Below are positions 14,972 to 29,337 of a stretch of 64,000 bases of DNA, one piece after another. The DNA is from Octopus sinensis. Taxonomy: Eukaryota. Position 1 is the first letter of the stretch. Each line of letters opens with the position of its first letter. The notes beneath the pieces were generated by a model. That model was given only the letters and a program-made list of their open reading frames with translations, searched no databases and was not told the origin of the DNA. The stretch is from NCBI RefSeq assembly GCF_006345805.1, contig NC_042998.1, forward strand, positions 110,236,001-110,300,000, written 5' to 3'. The position numbers and the translations under genes are program-made.

Positions 14972-15054
14972 TTTCGTTTGACAAAAAACAATAACAACTG
15001 AAACACAACAAATACCCGGATGTGATGGGATTTGATAGGAAATGAACAACGGAG

Positions 15055-15768
15055 TGATGACTATGATGGTGGTGGTGGTGATGGTGAAGGTGTTCTGGTG
15101 GTAGTGGTAATGGTGTTTGTTATAGTGGTGTTACTAGTGGTATTGGTAGTGTGGGTGGATGGAGAGTAGGCTTATCTCGGTAGAGGTGGTGACGGCGGCG
15201 ACTACAGTAGAGATATTGGGGATTATAATGTTGTTGCTGTTGTGGTGGTTGTGGTGGTTGTGGTGGTTGTGGTAGTGGTGGTGGTGGTGGTAGTGGTATA
15301 CATAAGGTCTGTAGTAACAGCGGGAAGGATATAGTACCGACGTTGGTGTTGGTGGTGGTGGTGGTGGTGGTGTCGGTGGTTATCGTAAGTATGGGTACGG
15401 TAGTGGTGAGTAGGGTATGAAAATGGTTGTGGAGGAGGTGCTAGTAATGGTGGTTGTAGCGATGGTTGTGGTTGTGGTTGTGGTGGTGGTAGTGGTGGGG
15501 AGGAATGGATGTATTAGTAGTTAGATGTTGTTTATGTCGGTGGAGGTTGTGATGGTCTTTGTCGGCGGTGTTAGCGATGAGGCTGCTGCCGGGGAAGGAG
15601 GGAGGACGCTGCTTGCGGCGTGATCTTAATGATGGTGGGGCTAGCGAATTGCCTGTAGATGTGTGCGTATGGTGTGTGTGTGTGTGTCTGTGTGTGCGCA
15701 AGTGTGCGCGAATGCGCGCGTGTCTCATTGAGCGCAAATGTGCATGGGTTCGTGTCCTTCTCTTTTTA

Positions 15769-15809
<41 letters not shown>

Positions 15810-16900
15810 CTCTCTCTCTTTCTATCCGTGTGTACGCTTGTATGTGTGCGCGCACATGTGCTGTGTCAGTGAGCGCAAGCGTGCATGAGCCGCACTCTGT
15901 CTATATGTAAATAAGCGTGCGTATGCTGGCGTGTGTACGTGTGCGCGAGTGTGCGTGTGTGCTTGTGTTGCGTGTATGTGCATGCGTGTGTTGCGTGGGT
16001 TGCGCGCGTGTGTGTGTGTGTGTGGTGTGTGTTGTGTGTGTGTTGTGTGTACACACGTCTTTGCTGATGTATGTGTGTGTGTGTGTGAGATAGATAGACT
16101 GAAGACGTGTTTGGCGGCCACGATGAGTTAGCAGTAACGAAGTGATTATAGTAGTGGTGGTACCAGTGGTTGCTAACGTTTTCAATGGTGGTGGTGATGA
16201 CAATGATGGTGATGATGATGATGATGATGATGATGATGTTAATACAGATGGTAACAGTGGTGGTGTTAACGAAAGCTTTATTATTATTATTATTAATGTT
16301 AGTAATAATAGTGATAGCAGTACTGGGGATATGGTAAGGGTGCGTAAATTAGTAGGCTGTTGGTGATGGTGGTACGGCGGTGGTAGTAGCAGTGGTTGTT
16401 GTGGTAGCGGTGGCGGTGATAGAGGTGGTGGCGGTGGTGGTGGTGGTGATGGGCTTGTGGCGATTATAGTAATAGGGGTGTCTGTAATAGCTGCGGTGGT
16501 GCTGATGACGGTGGTAACGACCGGAGTATGGATATTTTAGATGACGGTGATGCACGTATGGGTGATGGTGGTGACGCGATGGTGGACTATGGGCAATGGT
16601 AGTGTGGCCGGCGGGGTATGGTATGAGTCGTTGGGATAGGACATGGATGGAACGGTGGTAGTGGTGGTGGTGGTCACTATCGTGATAATGGTGGAAGTGA
16701 TGCTAGTAAGTGGTTATGATTGCTTTATGTATGCGGTGTACAGCAGCGGCGCCGGTGACCTGATGTGGGTGGAACGTGGGGTGTTACTGGTGATGCTACT
16801 GATGTAGGTGGTACCCAAAGTATTGCTAGTGGTGTCTCTCGTGTCCTGTAGGTGGTACTTAAGCTGTTGATGCTGCTGTTATGTGGCGGACAAATAGCCA
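15055..16900. repeat. G/T-skewed (GGT/GAT)n low-complexity block with CpG-containing (TG)n tracts
   Basis: Direct reading; unusually CpG-rich for this window at 15560-16130. Confidence 0.85.
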
Positions 16901-16982
16901 GATCGGAAGTTATTAAATAGTTTAGACTCGCTAAGAAACCCCTTGCACGGTTTCTACCCAAACTTACTTACTTGCACACACG

Positions 16983-17057
<75 letters not shown>

Positions 17058-17325
17058 ACATTCACACACACACACTGACATTCACACACACACACACGCA
17101 CATACACATAGACACACATACACACCGAGCTTACATTTACTTACACATCCATACATAAATCTCTTTCACACACGCACTTGCACGCACACCACGCTTTCGC
17201 ACACCCACACATAAGTAAACACAATATTTTGCACACACACATACGCACACCACGCTTACACATACAGAACTATACACAATAATTTGCACACTCACACACA
17301 CACACCACACACACACACACACACA

Positions 17326-17358
<33 letters not shown>

Positions 17359-17789
17359 AGATGCAAGCTAACTCCAACCTGTTCATATTGCTTTGTACAT
17401 CTTTTTTGTAGAGACTTGCACGCAGACACCCAGACACCCACCCACCCACACACACACACTTACAAACGCACACATATGCACTATTACACACCACTCACTC
17501 GCTCGCGCACAAACGCACACAAACTTACTCTCGTGCACATCTATTCTTGTACACCTGCACACACTCACTTCGACACGCATCCCTGCACAAACTTTCACAC
17601 TTAAACACTTACACTACGTCGCACACAGACACGCTTACGCGCAAGCACATGCACGCACGCACACACAGGCGCGCGCGCCTTTCGCAGTTGGACACCCATA
17701 CAAAAATTCATTTGGCCACTCTAATAAGTGCATCTACACACACTCACTTCTGGACTTGCATATGTAGAAGACACATATTTGCACACACG

Positions 17790-17845
<56 letters not shown>

Positions 17846-19188
17846 TACACACACACACGCACGCACACTCATTTGCATATATACAAGCATTTAGTTGCTT
17901 ACACATAAGCCTAAAATATCACCACGAACCAAATTACATGCAGAACGGATACAGAAAGACAGAAAAAAAAAACAAAAAAACAACAACAACTTAAATTTGA
18001 AGTTATTCTTGTTGCTATTGTTATTCAACCACAAGTCAGCCTTCACCCAGCAACACTCTAAATCAAAGTTATTTCGACCGTTGACAATCACATTATTTTT
18101 ATGAGGCGAAATGCATTTAGGACTTCATTATCCAGTAAGCCTTTTTTTCCCCGTTCAAACCAGTAGGGTGTAATTTGAGAATTTGAGGGGGGATTTGGCT
18201 GCTATTTCTAGCTTGTGTCCGGTATTCTCTGTGGTGTAATATCGTTGTTGTTGTTGTTAGAATAAGTAACGTTTAGTGCTCTTCGTGCTGTTGGTGATAG
18301 TTTATAGCTGTCGGTACCTGCCAGAGGGATTGGTGTGAGTTTAGATGCTATTAATGACGTTACTTTTGATGCTGACTGGTATTAGAACTGTTATTGTTAT
18401 TATTGTTGCAGTTGATGGTGGTGGTGGTAGTAGTGTTGCTATTGGTGTCATTGATGGTGTTGGTCATGGCCATAATGGGTGTCGATATTGGTGCAGGTGA
18501 GCGTTTCGTTGCCGTGGTGGCAGCGAGGTTGCTGTCAATATTTATTGGTCGTGTTTATGTTGATGTTGGATTAGTTTTGACGGTGGATACTGGTACCGAT
18601 AGTTGTATAAGTATTGTTTGTTATAGGTATTGCTGCTGTTGGTTGTTAGTGTTTTTTTGTTTTTTTTTTGTTATTATTGGAGTTGCTGGTAGTTAGTAGT
18701 GGTGGAGGTGGTGGTGTTGATGGTGATGGCAGCAATGAGGACTGGAATGAGTTACGAGCGGAATTTAAATACAAATATATATGTTAAAAAAATAAAAAAA
18801 ACAGACAAAAAAACACAAACACGCAAGGAAAGAGTAAAAAAAAACAACAACAAAATTCTAAATGGTGATATAACATCACCATGACAACGACAACTTGCAT
18901 CGACATAAGAATTACTACAATAACCTACCTAAAGAAATCACAATAACAGCGACAGCGTCAACAACAACAACGAGAACAACAACAACAATGACAATGACAA
19001 TACAAGACGTTACAATGGTTAGCAAGATTAACAGGAATAGCAACCACAAAAGGAAAACTAAATAAGACCATCGACATAGACGAAAGTCTAAATAAATATC
19101 TGTAACTAAGCATGTACTTAGTAAGAGTATCAGGCATATAGGTATGTACGTACACTCGTGTATATATGTGCGTATAAAAATCATATAA

Positions 19189-19294
19189 ATGTTAAATTTA
19201 TCCACAAGCATACGATACACATGTCCGTGTGTGCGTGTGTGAATATATATATATATATATATATGCATATACAACACACACACACACACACACC

Positions 19295-19333
<39 letters not shown>

Positions 19334-19411
19334 GTGTATATATGCATATATATATTATATATATATATTTACACATATATATAATATGTGTGTGTGTGTT
19401 GTATGTATATG

Positions 19412-19442
<31 letters not shown>

Positions 19443-19481
19443 ACATATATATATATATGTGTGTGTGTGGGTGTATGTATA

Positions 19482-19515
<34 letters not shown>

Positions 19516-19556
19516 ACATGTATATATGTGTGTGTGTGTGTGTGTGTGTATGTATA

Positions 19557-19594
<38 letters not shown>

Positions 19595-19799
19595 CACATA
19601 TATATATATATATGTGTGTGTGTGTGTATGTATATTCATATATAATATATATATATATATATTCACACATATAATATATGTGTGTGTGTGTGTGTGTATG
19701 TATATGCATATATATATATATATATATAATATATATATATATATTCACACACCGCACACACGGACATGTGTGTCGTATGTTTGTGGATAAATTTAACAT
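19189..19799. repeat. Fold-back palindrome containing an expanded ~65-bp compound minisatellite
   Basis: Unique ~57-bp arms at 19189-19245 and 19741-19799 are near-perfect reverse complements; about 6 internal TG/TA units. Confidence 0.85.
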
Positions 19800-20527
19800 A
19801 TATATATATATATATATAATATATATATGCGTATATAAATGAATGTCTATCTATCTATCTATCTATATATATATATATATATATATGAATATATATGTAT
19901 GTGTGTGTATGCATATACATATATGAGTATGTAAATGAATGTATACATAAATATATGGGTATGCATTTATATATATGAATGTATAAATATATGTGTATAT
20001 ATGTATATACATGTGTGTGTGTACATATGCATGTATACACACGTATATCAAATATGAAAATGTGTGCGTGTATATAATTTTATGATTTTGCGTATGTATG
20101 AGAGAAAGAAAGAGACAGAAAGAGAGAGGTAGGGAACTTGTGTGCGTGCACTTGCAACTTTTTGTATACCTATACTGTATGTACCTGAGTGCAAACGTAT
20201 ATACCTTCGTGTGTGAGTGTGTGTGTGTGCGTGTGTATAAACATACATACATATGTGTGTTTATATACGTATATATATGCTGGTGTATATATATATGTGT
20301 GTATATATGCATGTATGTATATACATGTACATATATACGTATGTATATATATATGTAAATATAGATGTATGTATGTGTGTATGTGAGTGTGTGTGTGTGT
20401 GTGTACGTAGGATTTATTGACATAAATTGATACTTTGTTTTATAGCTTGATACATATAGATCGGGCAAGGTACAGAATGCCTGAGGGAGTGAGCGACAAA
20501 AAGACAAAGGGAGAGACGAAAAGAGAG

Positions 20528-20576
<49 letters not shown>

Positions 20577-20837
20577 TCGAGATTGAATGAGTGAGAGGGA
20601 GGAGAAGAGTGAAAGTGCAGAAAAAAAACAAACTAGAGGCAAAGCGAAGAAAGATATATAGAAAAAGATAGAGTGATTACATGTGTTTGTGTATGTCTCG
20701 TAGAGGAATATCCACCAATATACGTATGTATATTGAAACGGGCACACAGCCACATATAAACAAACACAAGACCGAAAACAAAGACGATTGCTCACATACG
20801 TATGCGTGGCGATATATATATATACATATGTATTATT

Positions 20838-20884
<47 letters not shown>

Positions 20885-20909
20885 GTATGTACGTATGAAT
20901 ATATGTATG

Positions 20910-20943
<34 letters not shown>

Positions 20944-20952
20944 TATTATAAC

Positions 20953-21026
<74 letters not shown>

Positions 21027-21621
21027 ATATATATATGTATGTATGTATGTATGTATGCACACACACATATATATTAAATCAGTTATCAAAGAAATGAAAG
21101 ATCGAAACGTATGAAGCGAAAGGGACGTATACGCATAAACGCATACACACGCATACATACACACATACTGACACATATATTCATATATGTATGTAAATAT
21201 ATATGTCTGTGTGTACACAATGAAAGAGAGAGAGAGAAAGAGAGAGAGAGAAAGAGAAGAGAGAGAGAGAGAGAGAGAGCGAGAGGGAGACAGAGAGAGG
21301 GAGATAGAGATTGGGAAAGAGAAAGAGAAAGAGAGAGAAGATTAGACAGAGAGGATGTGAGGTAACGATTTACAGAAGATTGTGACTTTGGGACGAGAAA
21401 TCAGTTTATAAATATATACGCAAAAGTCTACACATGCAAATATGTATATATATACAGGCGCATATATAAGTGTGCATGTATGTGTATATATATAATGTAT
21501 ATAAATATATAAACGCATTTATATATATGTATATGTATATACACATATGCATGTGTTTGAGCGTGTGTGTGTATCTATCTATCTATATGTCTCTCTATGT
21601 ATGTATATATGTATATATGTA

Positions 21622-21691
<70 letters not shown>

Positions 21692-21706
21692 CATACATAT
21701 ATATAC

Positions 21707-21751
<45 letters not shown>

Positions 21752-22244
21752 GTATGTATGTATGTATATATATATATATGCACATACATATACGCAGTGA
21801 AACTGAAAATACGCATAAATACACGTATAAACACTCAGGTCTACAGAGGTAGAGAGGGATATATACAGCTGTTAAAAGTAATCGACTCACATGAATAACA
21901 ATCGTCTGTTCGTAGGCAAGCAGACAATTAACTCCTCGTGAGAATAAAGATGCTTCCCTTCGTTCTCTACATGTTTGTAGTCGCAACTATTGTGCATGTG
22001 TACGATCGTTCACTCTTTTCGATGCAATTTTGCGTGTATGTGTATGCATGTATGTCACAAAGACACACACACACACATATATAACTACATGCATCAATAT
22101 GTATATAATATAAATATATATATATGTGTGTGTGTGTGTGTGAGTGTGTGTGTGTGTGTGTGTGTGTATACACACTCATACGTAACACACACACTCGCGC
22201 ACGCAGACATATCTCGGTATGAATTTACCTTCGTCTGGGTATTC

Positions 22245-22378
<134 letters not shown>

Positions 22379-22404
22379 CTCTCTCTCTATATATATATAT
22401 ATAT

Positions 22405-22700
22405 GGAGGCGCAATGGCCCAGTGGTTAGGGCAGCGGACCTGCGGTCGTAGGATCGCGGTTTCGATTCCCAGACCGGGCGTTGTGAGTTTTTATTGATCA
22501 AAAAAGACCTAAAGCTCAACGAGTCTCCGGCAGGGGGAGGTGGCAATCTCTGCTGTACTCTTTCGCTACAACTTTCTCTCATTCATTCTTCTGTTGGCCT
22601 GCTCGCTTAGCCAGCGGGGTGGCGTCATTTGAAGGCTAAAACAATGCGAAGCGCATTGTGACAAGCGACGTGTAGCAACATCTGATAGCCTGGTCGGTCA
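22405..22700 (+). mobile_element. tRNA-derived SINE family C, near full length
   Basis: A box TGGCCCAGTGG and B box GGTTTCGATTCC in a tRNA-like head, then a non-tRNA body. Second copy reversed at 57620-57837. Confidence 0.85.
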
Positions 22701-23246
22701 AAAAAATAAATATATATATTTATGTATATATATATTTGCCATTGCGTCATGAACACCTTCCGGATATTTGAAAGAAGGACCACTATTTTGGGGATTGGTT
22801 ATAGACAGTATCCCGAAATCAGCCTTAAGAAAATCCTGGAGAGATTTTAACAGTTTTGAAACTAGAATTTCTTTGCTGCCAAAAGGTGCTTCTCTGTGTT
22901 TGAACTAAGGACAAAGTATAGTTAACAATTTTAAGAATTATTAATATAATTACATAACATTTGATTGTGTGTGTGTATGTGTGTCTGCTTGTATTTTGTG
23001 TTTGTGTGTGCGAATGTCTGAATATTCGTCACTATTAACAATTACAGGGATTATTTGTGTGTTTCTGTGCCATTTTTGTGTATAAGAAAATTTCTATCTC
23101 TTTCTTACTCACTCTTTCCATCTCAGAATTTCTACAACTGTTCGTCTGTAAGTCAATCAATCGATCAACCAATCAATCAATCTCTATCTATCGATTCATT
23201 TATCTACCTATCTATTTATCCATTTATCTGTCTGTCTGACTGACTC

Positions 23247-23327
<81 letters not shown>

Positions 23328-23460
23328 TTATGTATGTATGTATGTATCTATCTATCTATCTTCCTATCTATCTGTCTCTCTATCATCTCTCTATCTACCC
23401 ATCAAGCAATCTATCTATGCACATATATATATATATATATATATATGTACATACATACAT

Positions 23461-23517
<57 letters not shown>

Positions 23518-23519
23518 GA

Positions 23520-23556
<37 letters not shown>

Positions 23557-24429
23557 ATAAATTCAACCTTGTATAACTTCAACACCAAAACTAATACGAC
23601 CACTACTTTCAGCTGTTCATCAGTTCCATAATGACCCACAACAACAGTAATAATTTTATTAACAATATATGGAACTCCATCTAAAATATATGACAAACAT
23701 GTGAAATAATGAGGTGCCCTAGTGTATTTTAAAAGTTAAATTAAATATCTTTGATCTTGGGTAATTGATGACTGACTTGAGACTAAAAATGTAACACTAC
23801 ACATTAACAATAAGATCACTGTCACTACCACCACCACGAGCACCACCACCAGTGCCGCCACCATTGCTAACACCAAATCCAACACAAACAATTCACCGAC
23901 GCTATCATCTCGTCAACTGTTGGATAACTAACTGGTAACAACAATAATAATATTAACATGATAGCAATGTCTGTGTCTACCTGTGTTGTATTGCAACGCA
24001 GTGGAACGTATGCTTGTTTGCGAGTTTATATGTGCACGTGTGTGTCTGCGTATCTTTGTGTGTGAGGGAAAGAGCGATAGGGGAAGATAAAGAGAGAGTG
24101 TGGGGGGAGAGAAAATGAAAGAGGAAAGTGTAAATTGTAGAGATGTAAATAGGTGAAGTCTTATGTGCAAAGGCGAAGTCCTTGTAAACTTGGTAACCCT
24201 TCAAGTCAGTACCTCCTCTCACGTCACTCCTCCACTTTTACGTTTTCTCATTTATATTCTTTCATCCAACAGTTCCTTCACTGTGCCGTTTTCTACAACA
24301 TATTTATTGTGAATGATTGTTGGCTGCTGGATTTACTTACCGTTACTACTATGCTGGATTTGCTTCCTATTTACTTACTATGTTTGGAACGTAAATGTCA
24401 TGTGAACCTGGTTGCAATATTGCGAAATG

Positions 24430-25260
24430 GAACCGTAGACGTAACACAGTTGATATTAAACTTTATGTTTTCAAAAGGCTTGTTGCAAGAGGGTAAAAAT
24501 CATGAAAATTCATTGCCATAACATAACTTGCACCATCTACAGTAAACAATAAGAAAAATAGTGGTAACAAACAGATTAAGCTTGCCCAAGAAACTACTCC
24601 TTCGACTGCTCATATCGTATTTTTCATAGATCTAATGTGATGCTTTAAAAAGAACAGACCTTGAACGTACGGATCTAGAATAAGATAATGTGGATTCTAG
24701 TAATTCACATTAGGTCAAATAATGTGAATTTTTCTTTCATTACTTGAAGTAAAGCGAGGAGAAGTACGATAGTAATTCAAAATAGCGTCCAAATATTTAT
24801 GGCGATTTGCATACAAGAATAAATAGCACTTCTAATAAAAAACATCTTGTAGCTTGCAGAGGCTGCTTAGAAAGTTTTAAGAAGCACTTCAGTCTGTACA
24901 ACATAAAAATGCCTGGTGTAACAATTAGTGCTGAAACACACGCTGGTAATGATTGTCCAGAATAACGAAAAGGATAGAGAATACTATGTGGGCAAGAATA
25001 TAATGTTGATGAGACAGAATGTTTTTGAAAACTCATGCTTTACAAACTTAGAAGGAATTAATGGCTCTAAAAATCGTCTGATCCTTCTTTTAAGAGAAAA
25101 TGCCGCCGACACGAGCTTTAAAGCTCCTATCCATGTATCGATTCGAAAATCCGACGGCTTTCAAAAGTTACGTAAAGTTTAATTTATCGCTGATTCGACC
25201 ATCGTATAAGGAATGGATGACTATGTATCTTTTCGAACTTTCAAGCAGTTTATGAAAATA
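24430..25260 (+). mobile_element. Decayed Tigger/pogo (CENP-B-like DDE) transposase
   Basis: LAPSTV (HTH), GCLESFKKHFSLYNIKMPGVTISAE, YNVDETECF*K, KNRLILLLRENAAD, YRFENPTAFK; many frameshifts. Confidence 0.8.
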
Positions 25261-25624
25261 ATTGTTAGAAAGGATGACTATACCTACAGTTATAGTCATC
25301 CTGAAAAAGTTGAGCATAATAGATGCTGTGGATAAAACTGTCATAAGAAGGAATTAAACGATCGGCTTTCAATTGTGTTTGAAAATATATACAACCAGAG
25401 CGCACCCGTGGCTTCAAAAGTTTTCTACAATTAGAAAACCTACATCAAATTTGAGGAGATATTGCGTCAAATACAAATGATGTAGGGCTTGAAGATGTAG
25501 AGACCCTCCTAATTCATTTTCACTTTCTAACATTAGATCAATGCGAAATGAATTTCTCGCTTCCGGATTTCGCATTCTGTTTAGATTTTCAAGATGGTAT
25601 TGATCCTGTAACTCTGGGTCCCTG

Positions 25625-25671
<47 letters not shown>

Positions 25672-27846
25672 TGTGTGTGTGTATGTGCGTGCGTGTATAG
25701 ATATATACTCACAGATACATGCATATATGCATATATAAATATGTATAAACGTGTGTGTGTGTGTGTGAGTGTATGAGTACATGTGGTAATGTGTGGGTGT
25801 ATATGTATGTGTATATGTACGTATGTACGTTCGTAGGTACCTAGTGTTCCATTGAAGTTGAAATATTTCAAACATTGTTACTCCCAATTCCATGTAGGGT
25901 AACAGATTATGAAACAGAAATGATGTTTTCGGACAGTACAGTGGTCTTAAATGCAGTGATGATGACTTAGGAAATAATAAAACACACATTGAAAACTGAC
26001 AGGAGAGGGTATTAAGTTACCTCAAAATTAATGGAACCTCTTTGTTTATATCAATGACCTTTGACACAAAACGATTTAAACATAAAGAGCTAATGAAATA
26101 AAATTGAATGAAATGAAGTGCTATGCATTGGTGTATGAAAATAAATATTAAGTATGCTACGAAGGAATAATTCAGAGTATGAACTCCTTTAGAATGTATG
26201 AAAAATAGACGAAGCAAGTCGACAATAAAAAAAAACTCAAAATAATAAAGATAATTAATAAAATTTTAAAAATATAAAAAAGGAAAATTAGTGTCCAAAT
26301 ATGACTAAATATATGAATTTACTTTGGAGAAAAGGGGCTGATAGGGAGAGTGCGTCAGGAAAAGCAGAGGATAAAAAGCAAGAGAGGTGGAAAAAGGTTT
26401 GTTAAACGAGGTATAAAGTTTGATGCATGCATGGATAAGCATAACAGAAAGGATATCTTTTATGTAGAAGGTTGGGAACAGCGAGAAAAAGTGAAAAATA
26501 AAAAATAAACGTATTAGATTGAGAAAATTAAGTATCGATGGATCTGGTGTGGTGGGGAAGAGTAAAAAAATTAGTTGTATGTGATTTGACCATGTGTATA
26601 AAAGTCCAAAAGAACACACCGATATGAATATATGGTTGGAATCAATATAAGACATATATCAATAAATGATACATAAAATGGCAAAGCGCATAGAAATTAA
26701 GGAATTTAAACAATTTAAAATGAGATTAATGATTTAGAGACTCAAACTGTCTTTAGAAATTACACACACACACACACACAAAATGTACTGTTCCGTGATG
26801 GTGAGATCAACAAAAAAGTTCTCCAATTAGTGAGAAATAAATATTATTTAATAAACATGAAATATGTTTTTATGTGCTACTATGGGTTTCATGTGCTGAG
26901 AACATGCCAAATAGTGTTTTATAGCACGCCTGGTGTCCCAGCACAATAATAAGACTCTGCCCGCATGGCCTAACGAACAAAAAACGGGACGAGAATAAAT
27001 GCAAGAAGGAAGTATACATAAAACCTGAAAGGGTGAGAAACCGGAAAACGAAAAAGAAATCAGAAAGAAGCAAACGGGGTAATAAGAGTTGTTTCTTTTA
27101 GAACGTAATTTATAAGGTTGAAAAGATGGTGGCTAAGAGCCAATGGTAGTTATTTAATTCGATGAAGGAGGCAGTTTTCAATTTTCAGGAGGAACTTAAC
27201 CATATGCGTACAACCGCTGAAAACTTCGGATCTAGATTTCAATAGTAAGTTAGAGTTTTTAGATCTGAAAAAGGATCTGAGTTCTTTCAAATACGCATAG
27301 CTTACAGTCTTTTCATCTGTTAATATATGGTGTGCAGTTTTCGACTATTTTCCACTTTATCATAGGTGGTGTGGTGTTCGATTTCAAACCCCATACGTGG
27401 CTAACCAGCTTAGTAGCTTTACTTTTGTCCCTGTGTCGGAAGAAAGATTTGTGATTAGCATAGTGATTTTTGAATTCTCCTTCACATAGTCCGATATAAC
27501 TGTTCTTATCGGTTTTGTTATTATCTAGCGTTGCTGTAACTTTTGCATAATATATGACGGATTTAATCATACATCGCTAGTCGAGTGGACAATTTCGTGG
27601 GTCACGACAGTTACAACTGGGAATGGGCTCTTGGTGTTGGTCTCGTGTAATGATACTCTTCACATTGGGGTAGCAGCTATATGATAATTTCACTGAGTGC
27701 CTGTTAAATATTTTCCTGTACCTGTGATTTTCTGGAAAATATTTATCTAGGAGAGACAGGAATGCTTTACCTATGTTAGTTTTACGTTAAGAGAAAAGGG
27801 AGGGGCGAACCAAATTATTTTCCTAGGTTTATTTATAGGTTTATTA

Positions 27847-28249
27847 ATATTATTATTATTATTATTATTATTATGATTATTATTATTATTATTATTGTTG
27901 TTGTTTTGTTGTTATTATTATTATTATTTTTTTTTTTTCTTCTTTCAAATTTGCTTCCATTTCTTGCCGAGTGTCTTCCCGACTCCTATGGCAAAGAAAC
28001 TCATAGTATACATTGGTAGGCCATTAAACCAAACTCAGTAGTTCGTTCATTTTTTTTTTTTTTTAAGTTAAAATAAATTACATGAGCAGCAACAGTTCTC
28101 ACATCGACAATGCTCTTCTCAATACGTGTGATGTACCAGTTAAGACAATCTTTTGCACTTCTTGCAGGGATGGTAAGCCAGGGATCATTCTCATATAATT
28201 TTCGGTTCCCTTCTTGATCATTCCTAGTGCTCCTACGATCACTGGTATT
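27847..28249 (-). mobile_element. R4/Dong-like RLE LINE 3' end nested in the Penelope-like element
   Basis: TIPVIVGALGMIKKGTENYMRMIPGLPSLQEVQKIVLTGTSHVLRRALSM*, then a 3' UTR and an (AAT)n tail. Confidence 0.8.
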
Positions 28250-29119
28250 GTAAGTTAGAGTTCTTAGATCTGAAAAAGGATCTGAGTTCTTTCAAATACG
28301 CCATCATCATCATCATCATCATCATTATTATTCCTATTAATATTAGAGGGGGTTATATATTAATTTATCCTGAAAGCCAATTTTAACTAGGTCATTGTTT
28401 TAGCAAGGGGATACCTTGTCGAATTTTTTTCATAGGAAGAGTGGGTAGAAACTCCATCACTAATGTTAGCTATCAGGTTTTTTAAATATAACAGGAGGGT
28501 GACAAAACTGTTTATGTATTTAGGAAAAGTTCTCGTTAGGCTTATGTTAAGGTTTATGAGAGGTGTTAAGGTCTAGGGAAACATCTAAATGTCAACTTTA
28601 GACAGATTAGTAACGCTTGTGTTTTTAAGGCCTAATTGATAGAAAGGTAGAAGTAAGTTGTTTCCTAAATTTATCAAGGGTGCGACAATCACATCCATGG
28701 GAAATACCCAAACTGTCGTCTCTGTGTAGACCAACATCGTGAGATAGGTACTTAGATCTCAATGTGTTTAATACAAAGTGACACACAAGATAGCAGCCGC
28801 AGCGCTATCGTACGACCTCATAGATACATCGAATAATTTCTCATTAGCCAACCTTTTTACACACGCTGAGTCCATACTAAACAGTAGTGTTTTCCTCGCA
28901 TGCCTGATAAAGTCCCGGTCTATATGGGTCTGTATCAACATATGATTTAGCAAAAACGATGGTTCTATCTAGTAGCGATCTAGATATGGAGGGACAGAAA
29001 TCTATGATGTCAAACTGAGTGAACCTAGCCCTATTCTTATTCTTATTGTTTTTGAACCAGTCTGTTACAGTAAAACTATTATTTCATTGTTGAAGCCTTG
29101 TGATTTCCCCAATTTTATT

Positions 29120-29337
29120 GTATTTCTTTACTACCCACAAAGGGCTAAACACAGAGGGGACAAACAAGGACAGACAAAGGGATTAAGTCGATTACATCGA
29201 CCCCAGTGCGTAACTGGTACTTAATTTATCGACCCCGAAAAGATGAAAGGCAAAGTCGACCTCGGCGGAATTTGAACTTGGAACGTAACGACAGACGAAA
29301 TACGGCAACGTTTTTCGCCCAGCGTGCTAACGTTTCT
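29120..29337 (-). mobile_element. SINE family B (tRNA head plus Meta-domain-like core) with 13-bp TSD
   Basis: TSD CCCCAATTTTATT at 29107-29119 and 29338-29350. Reverse complement has a B-box GTTCAAATTCC and core GCCTTTCATCTTTTCGGGGTCGATAAATTAAGTACCAG. Confidence 0.9.

Noticed and set aside
22405-22480. tRNA gene (also 56931-57000)
   Set aside because: A and B boxes continue into a SINE body with no terminator or full cloverleaf; the 22405 element recurs at 57620.
23595-23630. Minus-strand CTGATGAACAGCTGAAAG (hammerhead?)
   Set aside because: Stem II and stem I cannot form convincingly.
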